A DNA stretch of 42,328 bases. Origin: Octopus bimaculoides. Taxonomy: Eukaryota. Made by a program: the position numbers and the translations under genes. The notes below the pieces were generated by a model that was not told where the DNA came from, did not search any database, and was given only the letters and a program-made list of their open reading frames with translations. Below are positions 1 to 11,605 of the stretch, piece by piece; positions within the stretch are counted from its first letter, which is position 1; each line of letters starts with the position of its first letter. The stretch is taken from contig NC_068987.1 in the NCBI RefSeq assembly GCF_001194135.2, forward strand, positions 43,683,252 through 43,725,579, in the 5' to 3' direction.

Positions 1-295
1 GAGATCGTTGCCAGTGCCCCTGGACTGGCTCTTGTGCGGGTGGCACATAAAAGACACCATTTTGAGCGTGGCCGTTGCCAGTACCGCCTGACTGGCCCTC
101 TTGCAAGTGACACGTAAAAGCACCCACTACACTCTCGGAGTGGTTGGCGTTAGGAAGGGCATCCAGCTGTAGAAACTCTGCCAAATTAGATTGGAGCCTA
201 GTGTTGCCATCCAGTTTCACCAGTCCTCAGTCAAATCGTCCAACCCATGCTAGCATGGAAAGCGGACGTTAAACGATGATGATGATGATGATGAT
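1..295 (+). mobile_element. RTE-clade LINE 3' UTR fragment with (GAT)n tail
   Basis: GTTGGCGTTAGGAAGGGCATCCAGCTGTAGAAA motif typical of RTE 3' ends; ends cggacgttaaac(gat)n; near-identical copy at 694-1046. Confidence 0.85.
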
Positions 296-297
296 CT

Positions 298-500
298 TTC
301 TTACCATATTTCTTCCAAAATATATATATATTTCTTACCATACTTCTTCCGAAATATATATATATATATATTTCTTAACATATTTCTTCCGAAATATACT
401 GATGTTATTTAAATTAACTCTGAAAATAATGAAGAATTAAGTAAAACAGCTGTTGTCAGGAACACAAATGAACATGAAACATTAATGGAAATTTTTCACT
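298..500. repeat. Fragment of an interspersed repeat (probable non-autonomous DNA transposon) with a locally triplicated ~35-bp head
   Basis: tttcttaccatatttcttcc(g/a)aaatata occurs three times; downstream tgaaaataatgaagaattaagtaaaa matches 30650-30960. Confidence 0.55.
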
Positions 501-693
501 GACATATCTTCAGAAAATGGAATCGCTATGACGGCACCAGGGTTGAACTCAGTCAAGCATTTTCGCCACATTCACCTAATTTTCAACAAAATTGGTGGAG
601 GGGCAGGATATCCCTCTTAATCCTTGCCTTCCTTTTCCTGAAGAGAAAAGTGAATGTTTTCAGTCATTTCACTCCTGTCCTATTATTATTATT

Positions 694-1046
694 GATCGTT
701 ACCAGCGTTGCCTTCCTGGCACTTGTGCCGGTGGCACGTGAAAAGACATTCGAGCGAGATCGTTGCCAGTGCCCCTGGACTGGCTCCTGTGCAGGTAGCC
801 CGTAAAATACACCATTTTGAGCATGGCTGTTGCCAGTACCGCCTGACTGGCCTTCGTGCCGGTGGCATGTAAAAGCACCCACTACACTCTCGGAGTGGTT
901 GGCGTTAGAAAGGGCATCCAGCTGTAGAAACTCTGCCAAATCAGATTGGAGCCTGGTGTAGCCATCTGGTTCACCAGTCCTCTGTCAAATCGTCCAACCC
1001 ATGCTAGCATGGAGAGCAGACGTTAAACGATGATGATAATGATGAT
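694..1046 (+). mobile_element. RTE LINE 3' UTR fragment with three internal ~60-nt repeat units and (GAT)n tail
   Basis: Same sequence family as 1-295, 9543-10170 (-) and 10803-11005 (-). Confidence 0.85.
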
Positions 1047-1092
1047 ATATAATATATATGTATATATATCTATATAAGCAATAGGTTTATTT

Positions 1093-1390
1093 TAGCCAGA
1101 GGTGAAGCAGAAAACAAAAAGTTTGCCAATGTTCTGCGCCATGAGGACTAAAGACTTGAGGTATTTTGTGTAAAATCATCAGCTTTTACTGACCTTCTTA
1201 CATGCTGGCTTGGGATGGATTTATGACAGGATCCAATGGGTCCGAGGACTGCATCATGCTCCAATGTCTGCTTTGGTATAGTTTCTATAACTGGATACCC
1301 TTCCTAATGGTGACCAGCTTTTAGAGTGTACTAGGTATCTTTTTTTTTATGTACCACCAGCACTTGTGAGATCCCCTTTGAGTCAGGCTA
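1093..1390. mobile_element. RTE debris: ~90-bp internal ORF fragment (+) followed by a degenerate 3' tail (-)
   Basis: 1093-1180 aligns to 5280-5360; 1200-1370 is a reverse-complement RTE-type tail. Confidence 0.65.
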
Positions 1391-1893
1391 ATGATCAGTA
1401 ATTCTCTCCACTGTTACACACATGCGCCTCATATGTAGGTGTATGCTTGTAGTCTTTCAGATAAGATTTGTGGATAGCATCATCAGAAGTTTCATAAACA
1501 TGTATCTCTTGTGTGTGTGTGTGCTTGTGCATATGAAATACTTAACAGTTGAATGACACCAACTTTTACCAAAATATATATTTTCACTATCTTCCTTACT
1601 TTGTTCCTCTATTCTTTTTTTCCTCCACTTATAACATGAACAAATTATGCGTTATATTTGTTTTAACAAAAATTTTTATTGTTTTGTATATTTACTTATT
1701 TATCTATAAATTCATGGGGCCTGATGGACACAAAGTTAAGATGCCTTTTGGAATATTTAACACAAGGGAGGACATTGCCTTTAACTCATATTTTGCTTGA
1801 AACCTACCTAAATGAAAATAGATATCACTCCATTAATTGATTGCTGAGTCATTTATGAGTTTGAAAAGGTGGTAATCTATCTGTTAAAAAGAA

Positions 1894-2059
1894 TATTTTA
1901 TATCCTGTACTTTTGAGGGCAATATAAGTTGGTCATAGGTTTGATATGAAGCAATCATTGGTTCACTGTATTTCTCAGTAACATTGAATCAGTGACTGCG
2001 TCATATCAAACCTATGATCAACTGATAATATTGTCCTCAAAAATACAGGATATAAAATA
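1894..2059. mobile_element. Palindromic MITE-like element (~165 bp foldback)
   Basis: Arms tattttatatcctgtacttttgagggcaatat...gttggtcataggtttgatatga and their reverse complement; short spacer. Confidence 0.75.
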
Positions 2060-3299
2060 AGATAAAATTATTATTAAAAAAATTTTTTTGTGTTCAATTC
2101 ATGCAGTACTAATATCACAGAATAGTTTTGTTTGACATACTTTGTTACTGATTTAAACAATACATAGATTTCTTCTTTGATATTGTTGTGTCTCATGAGA
2201 TCATGGATCTGCACCTGATAAATCTGGCTTCCTTGGCTTCAGTCTGTGTTGGCATATAAGGTGACAATGGAGGCTTGGGCAAGGTCACACAGAAGACATG
2301 CTGTTACTCATGTTGTCAAGACTCTTCTCTCCACAAGACCAGTGTTGTTCAAGGGAAGAAGAAAAGCCAATATAATTAGGTACCAGTGTCATCAGAGAAA
2401 TTGTCTGAATGAAGTTGAAGGCAATGCTGGACTATGTTAAGGACTCAAGCTCCTGATTTGATGTCTATTGTATAAACTCCAATATTTGCTTATAGTACAT
2501 TTTTTGCATCAACCCTGGGAGGGTGAAAGGAAAAATTTAACTTGGCAGGGTTTGAATATAAAGGGCCAGAACAAAAAACTGTAAGGCATTTTGTTCCATG
2601 CCATCAGCTGCTGTTGGTTGCAGGTTGGCTAAATTCATTTTACAATTATGAGGTCCTAGGTTCAATTTCACTGCATGACACGTTTCACAATTACCTTTGT
2701 CTTAGCTTTGGGTTGACCCTAGCTTTGTGAGGGATATGGTGTAAAAGCACATTGGATGTAGAATACCTGTAATTTCAAGGGTTGGCCTTGCCATATACTG
2801 TACTGTTCTCATTCTGCTTCAAAAATTTGTTGAAGGTACATATTTTTGTGAATATTCGTCTACATATTGGTTTAGTGAGTAGGTTGCTCAGTTGTTCCAA
2901 AGAAACTGTAAAAACATGTTCCAGAGCCTGCAGACTGTGTGAGCAAAGGATTGATAAAGTGTTTAGTGGAGGGTGTATAATAAAGTTGGGTTGGCCAATG
3001 GAAGAAAGGTGGGTGAATAAGTTAGGTGGGGTTTAGTGGAGATTGTACATAGTTTGCTTTTTATAGAGGGGCATGAAACACTGTAGTAATGGTAAAAGAG
3101 ATTGAGAGGGAATACATGGTATCTGTGTTGTTTGTAATACTTGTATTGTGTTGGTAAGTGAATGATTGCCACTCAGATGGGTGTGTGTGGTTTGTTCGTA
3201 GTCAAGAGATGTTTGCTTATGCATGTAAGTATGGGTGTTTTTCAGATATGTTTTCTTTTTAGTATCAGACTGTAAAACTTAAGATTATTAGTTATACAT

Positions 3300-3430
3300 C
3301 TGACAGTCTTCTGCACAGTTTCCATCTACAAAATTCCACTCACAAGGTGTTGGTTAACCCAAGTCTATGTTTAAAAAACATGCAAATGGTGTCATGTCAT
3401 GCAATCAAAATTGAAACTACGTTTGATTAC
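3300..3430 (-). mobile_element. Old tRNA-derived SINE fragment
   Basis: Reverse complement of ccttgtgagtggaatttgtagatggaaact, the core shared with 24332-24682. Confidence 0.55.
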
Positions 3431-3778
3431 ACAACAATAACTGAGTAGTATTCTGTTGTGAGGGACTCAGAATTCTGTATAGGTCACTCTGACATTTATC
3501 AAATATAACTGAACTAGAGTATTACCCATCATATGGTTGGTAATTTTGGAAGTATACTTACGCCATCTTGCATAATCAGGAAATATAGCATACATACAAT
3601 AATTATAATTTAACTTTTATCAAAATTCTTAGTGTTTATGCAAATTGATGAAAATTTCCCATTTGTTTATTTGCAATAAATGTTATATCTTTCTAATTTT
3701 TATTAACATAAATTGCAACCTAATCAAAAATGAAGTAGTAATTTGTTCAACTGTACCCTTTTTCTGTCTCTCAACTAG

Positions 3779-3918
3779 GGTTTCATGGAGAACACAGTAT
3801 TGTTCTACGGCAGTTACCACAATATTACTGTAGCAGGCAACAATTACAACATGTCCCTGGCTTATATACTGGCTACTTTGGCATTCTTTTTTGTCAGTTT
3901 TATTGCCATAATTGTCAG
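3779..3918 (+). CDS. TMC: TMC exon A (GFMENTVLFYGSYHNITVAGNNYNMSLAYILATLAFFFVSFIAIIV)
   Basis: Acceptor ttttctgtctctcaactag, donor AG/gtaagt; phase 0 to 2; TMC LFYGxY...YxxxLAY motif followed by a TM helix. Confidence 0.92.
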
Positions 3919-4584
3919 GTAAGTTCAACATTAAACTTTCTTTGAATACATACACACGCACAAAAACTTATGGCAAAACTTGAAGTAGATAATAGCATGT
4001 AGAATATTGGGTTAAAAAATCCATTAGTTGGGAAAATAAGTTGAAGTCTGCTTGTGGGACCCAAACCCACATCAGTAAACATGGTAGCCATTCAAAGCAT
4101 TATATCAGCGAAACCCTTTGAATTTTTCCCATCACTTTAAAATCTTTCTTCTTGACAGTGAGAACTATATGTTGCTTTACATCATAAGAATTTAGGAATG
4201 TAAAGAGAATTGAAGTATATTATTTGTTTTGCAGTAAATAAATCAATAAATGACAGTGTGTAGAATACTGAGTTTAAAAAAAAGCCTTGGATGGAACAAA
4301 AATGTTGAAGGCTACCCCTGGGATGACATATTTGGGAAGCAAGATTCTTGACAACATGATAACACTTGGGTGGTACTTAAAGTTTCTAACTTCTTCTGAT
4401 ATAAAGATCTGTCAAAAGATCTTTGTTGTTGATATTTTATTGATCAAATGATTGTGAATAAAAATTTGCTGTCAAGTAGGCCAGTGGAGCAACAGCTAGT
4501 TACATAGTTACACAGTCTTTTGATCTGTGTTCTACTTATGTTGTGTGTGTATTTTTTGATTTTGTTTCTAACCAGGTTTGTTTG

Positions 4585-4621
<37 letters not shown>

Positions 4622-4739
4622 CCTCTCTCTTCTTCTTTTGTTTTTTGCTCCTTCGTTTTATTGCTAAGTCTTTCTCTTTTCTTCCTATTCTCTTCATTCT
4701 CTCTTTCACTTTGCTCCCCCCCTCTCTATATATAATATA

Positions 4740-6669
4740 AATACCAACTTCAGGAAGCCAGCTGGCCACCTGATAACTTATCAGGTGACTCTGCAAGCCA
4801 GATTGATTTCATTCTCACCAGACAGCGGGATGCATGGTTGTTCTTAAATACAAAAACACTCCCTGGTGAAGAATGCACCCTCCAGCATTAACTAGTTATT
4901 AGTGACTTTAGACTTGAGGCCAGAAGGATTCCAAAAAGCAGACCAATCTGGAAAAGAAGGACTTGGAAGCTTAAGAACCCTTCATATGATCAGAGATTTA
5001 GGGATATCCTTACCGAGAAATTTGATGATAGGGAGGAGGAGCTACAGTCCTGTGACATAGAAGGCAGCTGGGAATTCCTGCAAGACAGCTTGCTGAGTGC
5101 CACAGACCAATTCTGTGGCTGGCGCAAAGTCCCTTCCTGACCTAGGGTAACATGGTGGTGGAACAATACTGTGGACAGGACCATTAGAGCAAAGAAACAG
5201 GCTTGGGAGGCCTGGAAGAGTGAGGGTAGCAGGAGAATGTATCAGATGGCTAAAATTGAAGCTAGGACACAGGTATATATAGCCAAGGGAGAAGCAGAAA
5301 AAAAGAAGTTTGCCAATATTCAGTGACATGAAGACCAAAGAACTGAAGTATTTCGGATTGCAAGACAGTGTGTGAGAGAAAACCATGATGTCATAGGAGA
5401 GAAATGTGTCCACATGGATGAGGGTGCCCTTGCATTTAAAGATTCTTCAAAGTAAGAGGCTTGGAGATGACATTATGAAGACTGCTGAATGTGGAGAATA
5501 AATAGGAGGAGGAGAGTCTGCCAAAGGTTGAACCAATTGAGGGATCAGCTACATGAATCGACAGTACCCTGGTAGATAAAGCAATTAAGGATATGAAGAC
5601 AAGGAAAGCACCTGGCCCTTCAGGAATCACTGCTGAGATGCTTAAAATATCAGGCGGTGTGGGTTATGGTCTTGTCACCTGCATCGTAAATCAAGTAGTT
5701 CATGAAGGAGTCATACCCAATGACCAGTGTAGCAGCATCATAGTCAATTGCTGCAAAGGTAAAGGTGATGCTTTAGATAGAAATAACTACAAGGGTATCA
5801 AATTCTTGGATCAGGTGATGAAAGTTACAGAGAGGGTCATAGTCCAACTGATTAGGGAGAGGGTTAGCGTAAATAAGATGCAGTTTGGATTTGTGCCAGG
5901 CAGAAGTACCACTGATGCTATATTTCTGGTAAGACAGCTGCAGGAGAAATATCTAGCCAAATATAAACCTCTGTACTTGGCTTTTGTTGACTCGACTTGG
6001 AGAAAGCCTTTGACAGGGTCCCTCGATCCTTTATCTGGTGGTCAGTGTGGAAACTGGGGATAGACGAGTGGCTGGTAAGAGCTGTACAAGCCATGTACAG
6101 GGATGCTGTCCATTAGGTGAGGGCTAGCAACGAGTATAGTGAAAAATTCTGAGTAGAAGTAGGGGTTCACTAAGGATCAGTCCTCAACCCCCTCTTATTT
6201 ATTATAGTCCTCCAGGCAATAACAAAGGAATTCAAGACAGGCTGCCCCTGGGAGTACCTCTATGCTGATGACCTTGCTCTAATAGCCAAGTCACTGCCAG
6301 AACTTGAGACGAAGTTTAGGGTGCGGAAGCAAAGTCTAGAATCAAAGAGCCTTAGGGTTAACCTAGCAAAAATCAAAGTATTAGGAAGTAGGAGGGCTGT
6401 CAAATCACAAACCCCTCAGGTGATATGTAAAAAGCACCATCCAAACGTGGTTGATGCCAGGTCTGTCTGCTCTATCTGTAGAAACGGCATGAGTAGAAAC
6501 TCCATACAATGTATCCAGTGTAACCTATGGACACATAAAAGGTGCTGCAATATCGAAGGAAGGGTAACTGAGAAGATAGTTTTTGTGTGTGGCAGATGCA
6601 CAGGGGCAATAAACACTGAAGATGTACAGAAAACAGATTCTATCACATGCCAGGGGGAGAAACTAGAAG
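4740..6669 (+). mobile_element. RTE LINE copy 1, decayed APE-RT ORF, truncated at both ends
   Basis: NTNFRK...SQIDFILTR (APE C-terminus), KAPGPSGI, QFGFVPGRSTTDAIF and YADDL (tatgctgatgacctt) RT motifs; many stops and frameshifts. Confidence 0.93.
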
Positions 6670-9520
6670 TATACTTCTTACAGAGAAATGGGTGGATAAG
6701 GTAATCGAGGTAGTTAGAGTATGCGATAGAAAACTTAAGATTAGATTAGTCCTTCACCATGGGTTAGCAACCATTATCTCGGCCTATGCCCCTCAGCCCG
6801 GGCTACCCGACAAACAGAAAGACCGATTTTATGACACCCTCCTGCAGACTACCTCATCGACGAATGACAGGGACCTTCTCTTTGTGGCTGGTGACTTCAA
6901 TGGTCATNNNNNNNNNNNNNNNNNNNNNNNNNNNNNNNNNNNNNNNNNNNNNNNNNNNNNNNNNNNNNNNNNNNNNNNNNNNNNNNNNNNNNNNNNNNNN
7001 NNNNNNNNNNNNNNNNNNNNNNNNNNNNNNNNNNNNNNNNNNNNNNNNNNNNNNNNNNNNNNNNNNNNNNNNNNNNNNNNNNNNNNNNNNNNNNNNNNNN
7101 NNNNNNNNNNNNNNNNNNNNNNNNNNNNNNNNNNNNNNNNNNNNNNNNNNNNNNNNNNNNNNNNNNNNNNNNNNNNNNNNNNNNNNNNNNNNNNNNNNNN
7201 NNNNNNNNNNNNNNNNNNNNNNNNNNNNNNNNNNNNNNNNNNNNNNNNNNNNNNNNNNNNNNNNNNNNNNNNNNNNNNNNNNNNNNNNNNNNNNNNNNNN
7301 NNNNNNNNNNNNNNNNNNNNNNNNNNNNNNNNNNNNNNNNNNNNNNNNNNNNNNNNNNNNNNNNNNNNNNNNNNNNNNNNNNNNNNNNNNNNNNNNNNNN
7401 NNNNNNNNNNNNNNNNNNNNNNNNNNNNNNNNNNNNNNNNNNNNNNNNNNNNNNNNNNNNNNNNNNNNNNNNNNNNNNNNNNNNNNNNNNNNNNNNNNNN
7501 NNNNNNNNNNNNNNNNNNNNNNNNNNNNNNNNNNNNNNNNNNNNNNNNNNNNNNNNNNNNNNNNNNNNNNNNNNNNNNNNNNNNNNNNNNNNNNNNNNNN
7601 NNNNNNNNNNNNNNNNNNNNNNNNNNNNNNNNNNNNNNNNNNNNNNNNNNNNNNNNNNNNNNNNNNNNNNNNNNNNNNNNNNNNNNNNNNNNNNNNNNNN
7701 NNNNNNNNNNNNNNNNNNNNNNNNNNNNNNNNNNNNNNNNNNNNNNNNNNNNNNNNNNNNNNNNNNNNNNNNNNNNNNNNNNNNNNNNNNNNNNNNNNNN
7801 NNNNNATGTCGTGGAAGAGAAATGTGTTCGTATGAATGATGGTACACTTGCACTAAACGAGGTTGCAAAGAAAGAGGTTTTTGAGATGCCACTACAAAAG
7901 GTTGCTCAATAAAGAGAATGAATGGGAGAAAGAGAGTCTGCTGGATGTCGACCCAACTGAGGGACCAGCTATCTGAGTTGACAGTACCAGGGTAGATAAA
8001 GCAATTAAGAGTATGAAGACAGAGAAAGCCCCCGGCCCATCAGGAATCACTGCAGAGATGCTCAAAATATCTGGCAGTGTTGGCTATAGCCTAGTCACCT
8101 GTATTGTTAACCAAGTGATACATGAAGGAGCCATACCCAATGACTGGTGTAGCAGCACCATAGTCAACTGCTACAAAGGTGCAGGTGACGCTTTAGATAC
8201 AAATAATTATAGAGGTATCAAGTTGTTAGATCAGGTAATAAAAGTCACGGAGAGGGCCATAGCCCAACTAATTAGGGAGCGAGTCAGTTTCGATGCGATG
8301 CAGGTTGGGTTTGTGCCAGGAAAAAGCACCACTGATGCTATATTTCTGGTAAGACAGCTGCANNNNNNNNNNTACAGTGAAGAATTCCGAGAAGAGGTAG
8401 GGGTCCACCAAGGTTCAGTCCTCAGCCCCCGCCTATTTATCGTAGTCTTCCAGGCAATAACACAGGAATTGAAGACAAGTTGCCCCTGAGAGCTCCTCTA
8501 TGCTGATGACCTTGCCCTAATTGCTGAGTCACTATCAGAACTAGAGGAGAAGTTTCAGGTGTTGAAGCAAGGACTAGAATCGAAGGGCCTTAGAGTCAAC
8601 CTAGCTAAAACCAAAGTCCTAATAAGTAGGAAGATAGACAAAACACAAACCCCTTCAGGTAGATGGCCCTGCTTGATCTTTAGAAAAGGCATAGGTAGAA
8701 ACTCTATAAAATGTACCCAGTGCAAGCTATGGACACATAAGAGGTGCAGCAATATTAAAGGAAGGTTAACTAGGAAGTTAGTTTTTGTATGTGGCAGATG
8801 TTTAGGAGCAATAAACACTGAAAATGTGCAGAAAATAACTTTGGCCACATTCCAGGGAGAAAAACTAGGTTTAGTTGATAGCTCCTGCTATCTGGGTGAT
8901 CTAGAATAAGAATAGCCTGGGCAAAGTTCAGAGAGCTCCTACCTCTGCTGGTGTCAAGGGGCCTCTCACTCAGAGTAAAAGGCAGACTGTATTACGCATG
9001 TGTACGAACAGCCATGCTACATGGCAGTGAAACATGGACCGTGACTGCTGAGGACATGCGTAGGCTCACAAGGAATGAAGCCAGTATGCACCGATGGATG
9101 TGTAATGTCAGTGTGCATACTAGACAGAGTGTAAATACCTTGAGAGAAGAGTTGAACCTAAGAAGCATTAGTTGTGGTGTACAAGAGAGACGATTGCGCT
9201 GGTATGGTCATGTGGCAAGAATGGATGAGGATAGCTGTGTGAAAAAGTGCCACAACCTAGCAGTTGAGGAAACCTGTAGAAGAGGTAGGCCCAGGAAGAC
9301 CTGGGATGAGGTGGTGAAGTATGACCTTCGAACATTGAGCCTCACCGAGGCAATGACCTCTGACCGAGACCTTTGGAAATACGCTGTGCGTGAGAAGTCC
9401 CAGCAAGCCAAGTGAGACCTAAACCCAGGAGTGTAGCCAGCCCACTTATGCGTACCTTCCTTCATTGGACACTAAACTCTGCTTCCAAAGACCTGTTGAA
9501 GCAAGTTAAATCAAAATCAA
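6670..9520 (+). mobile_element. RTE LINE copy 2, 5'-truncated, spanning N gaps, with start of 3' UTR
   Basis: ISAYAPQ...VAGDFNGH (APE), KAPGPSG, GVHQGSVLSP, YADDL and RRLRWYGHVARM...GRPRKTW; ORF stop at 9415. Confidence 0.94.
6908..7806. other. Assembly gap (others at about 8363-8372, 10291-10325, 33245-33255, 33952-34115)
   Basis: Runs of N. Confidence 0.99.
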
Positions 9521-9542
9521 ACTAAATTCGATGACTAAATTC

Positions 9543-10170
9543 GATGCTGGCATGGGTTGGACGATTGGGGTCTGGGAAGCCAGGAAGCTGCACCAGGCCA
9601 CAATCTGATCTTGCAGTGTTTCTACAGCTGGATGCCGTTCCTAATGCCAACCACTCCAAGAGTGTAGTGGGTGCTTTTTACGTGCCACTGACACAAGGGC
9701 CAGAGGAACTGGAATCGACCACGATTAGATAGTGCTCTTTATGTGCCACTGGCAAGGAAGCCAGTGAAGGCGGTACTGGCATTAGCCACGTTCAGATGGT
9801 GCTTTCTACATGCTACTGGCATGGGACTCACAACTACAATTTTCATTTGATTTGATTTTGATATTGCTGATGTTAATGTACTTTACTCTGTAACAGCCAT
9901 GTTCAGATGGTGCTTTTTACATGCCACCGGCACGGAAACCAGTCAAAACAGCACTGGCATTGGCCACGTTCAGATGGTGCTTTTTGCGTGCTCTCGGCAC
10001 AGGCTCACAACTACTATTTCCATTTGATTTGATTTTGATATTGCTGATGTTGATGTACTTGACTCAGTAGTTCTCCTCAAGCACGGCATGTTGCTCTACA
10101 ATCCAAGGTATTTTTGAGTGGGCTGGTTATGCGACACTGGTGTAGGTTACAGCTGTGAACTCACTTTATT
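9543..10170 (-). mobile_element. RTE 3' UTR fragment, tail-to-tail with copy 2, with an internal ~170-bp duplication
   Basis: Reverse complement of the RTE tail; block catttgatttgattttgatattgctgatg and flanks occur twice (9845 and 10021). Confidence 0.8.
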
Positions 10171-10325
10171 TATGTATATATATATATATGTGTATGTGTA
10201 TATATATATATATCTATATACATACACACGAAGGTCCTGGTAAAAATTATTAATAAATTGATAATCCTTTACCCTTTTATTTGTATATATNNNNNNNNNN
10301 NNNNNNNNNNNNNNNNNNNNNNNNN

Positions 10326-10358
<33 letters not shown>

Positions 10359-10359
10359 G

Positions 10360-10802
10360 ATACAATATTAGATATGTACATATATACACAAGGGTACTAC
10401 ATGAGTACCTATATCGCTAAATATAGAAGTTGAAAAATACTTCTGTACCACCGAATAGTCACAAATCTGTTACAGACATGATAGAGAAAAATATCAGTGA
10501 ACAATAATAATGTCTTACCTCTACTGGGTCAGAAGAAGTAAATGCTGGTCAACCTGGTACCGGTTTCGGAATTTAGCGCCAAAAAGGTGCCTGATTTATC
10601 ATCAGCCAAAGTCTGCCAGCTAAATTACTACTAACGTTGTGGGGGAGAATTTGGTGCTAAATTATTATTGTTCACTGATATTTTTTCCTGTTATGTCTAG
10701 AATTATTCGGTGGTACACAAGTATTTTTTGACTACTATTTTTTAGCAATATCGGTACTCATGTAGTACTCTTGTTTATATATGTACATATCTAATATTGT
10801 AT
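10360..10802. mobile_element. MITE with long (~150 bp) terminal inverted repeats
   Basis: atacaatattagatatgtacatatat.. / ..atatatgtacatatctaatattgtat; inner arms tatcagtgaacaataataat also inverted. Confidence 0.85.
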
Positions 10803-11005
10803 AGTATGGGTTGGATGGTTTGACTGAGGACTAGCAAACCAGATGGCTGCACCAGGCTCCAATCTGACTTGGCAGAGTTTCTACAGCTGGATGCCCTTCC
10901 TAACGCCAACCACTCCCAGAGTGTAGTGGGTGCTTTTATGTGTCACCAGCATGAGGGCCAGTCAGGAGGTACTGGCAACGGCCATGCTCAAAATGGTGTT
11001 TTTTA
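10803..11005 (-). mobile_element. RTE 3' tail fragment
   Basis: tttctacagctggatgcccttcctaacgccaaccactc is the reverse complement of the RTE tail motif. Confidence 0.85.
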
Positions 11006-11149
11006 TGTATGTATATATATATATATGTGTGTATGTACACATATGTATGCATATATATAGATATGTGTATATATACATGCATGTATATATATGTGTGTGT
11101 GTGTGTGTGTATGTATATATATAAATATGTATATGTATATATATATATA

Positions 11150-11573
11150 GTGAGAATTTACAAAAAAACAAACGATGAAAACGAGTATGTAAACAAGAAA
11201 TATATTTATTAGTTTAACGCTCAGGAAGTGAGAAAGTCTTTTATGTTTTGAGCCTATGCTCTTTGATAGAAAGGAACACAAAAAGGGAGAGAAAATAAAA
11301 ATGGTTTAGTAGCTAGCGATGTATCATGGCGAATGCCAGACAGAGGGATCAGACAGGAGAGCTAGGAAGAAGGGAAGATCATAAAGTAGTGGTGATCCCA
11401 AAACAAAAGTGCACGTGTGTGTGGATGGGGGTTGGTGACCTTGATGTGTGCATGTGTAGGTGTGTGGTGTTTTGGGGTGTGGGGGAAGCAAGGGTGGTGT
11501 GTGGGTTGGGGTGAGGGTGGAGGTAGTGATGGGGTATGTGGTAGTGGGATGTAAGAGATGGGGTAGAGGTGAC

Positions 11574-11575
<2 letters not shown>
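11150..11575 (-). mobile_element. Penelope-type pLTR fragment (family A, copy 1) with degenerate hammerhead-like motif
   Basis: Aligns to 19545-19910; minus strand has aagagc-atag-gctc-aaaac followed by AATAAA. Confidence 0.55.

Positions 11576-11605
<30 letters not shown>

Noticed and set aside
1549-1800. 83-aa hydrophobic ORF as an upstream TMC exon
   Set aside because: AT-rich, no TMC motif, no convincing splice sites.
2800-3230. Possible Penelope GIY-YIG remnant on minus (similarly 23480-24300)
   Set aside because: Only scattered weak resemblance by eye; needs an HMM search.
6647-7912. 331-421 aa ORFs in the track
   Set aside because: Artifacts of reading through the N gap; only the flanks are real RTE sequence.
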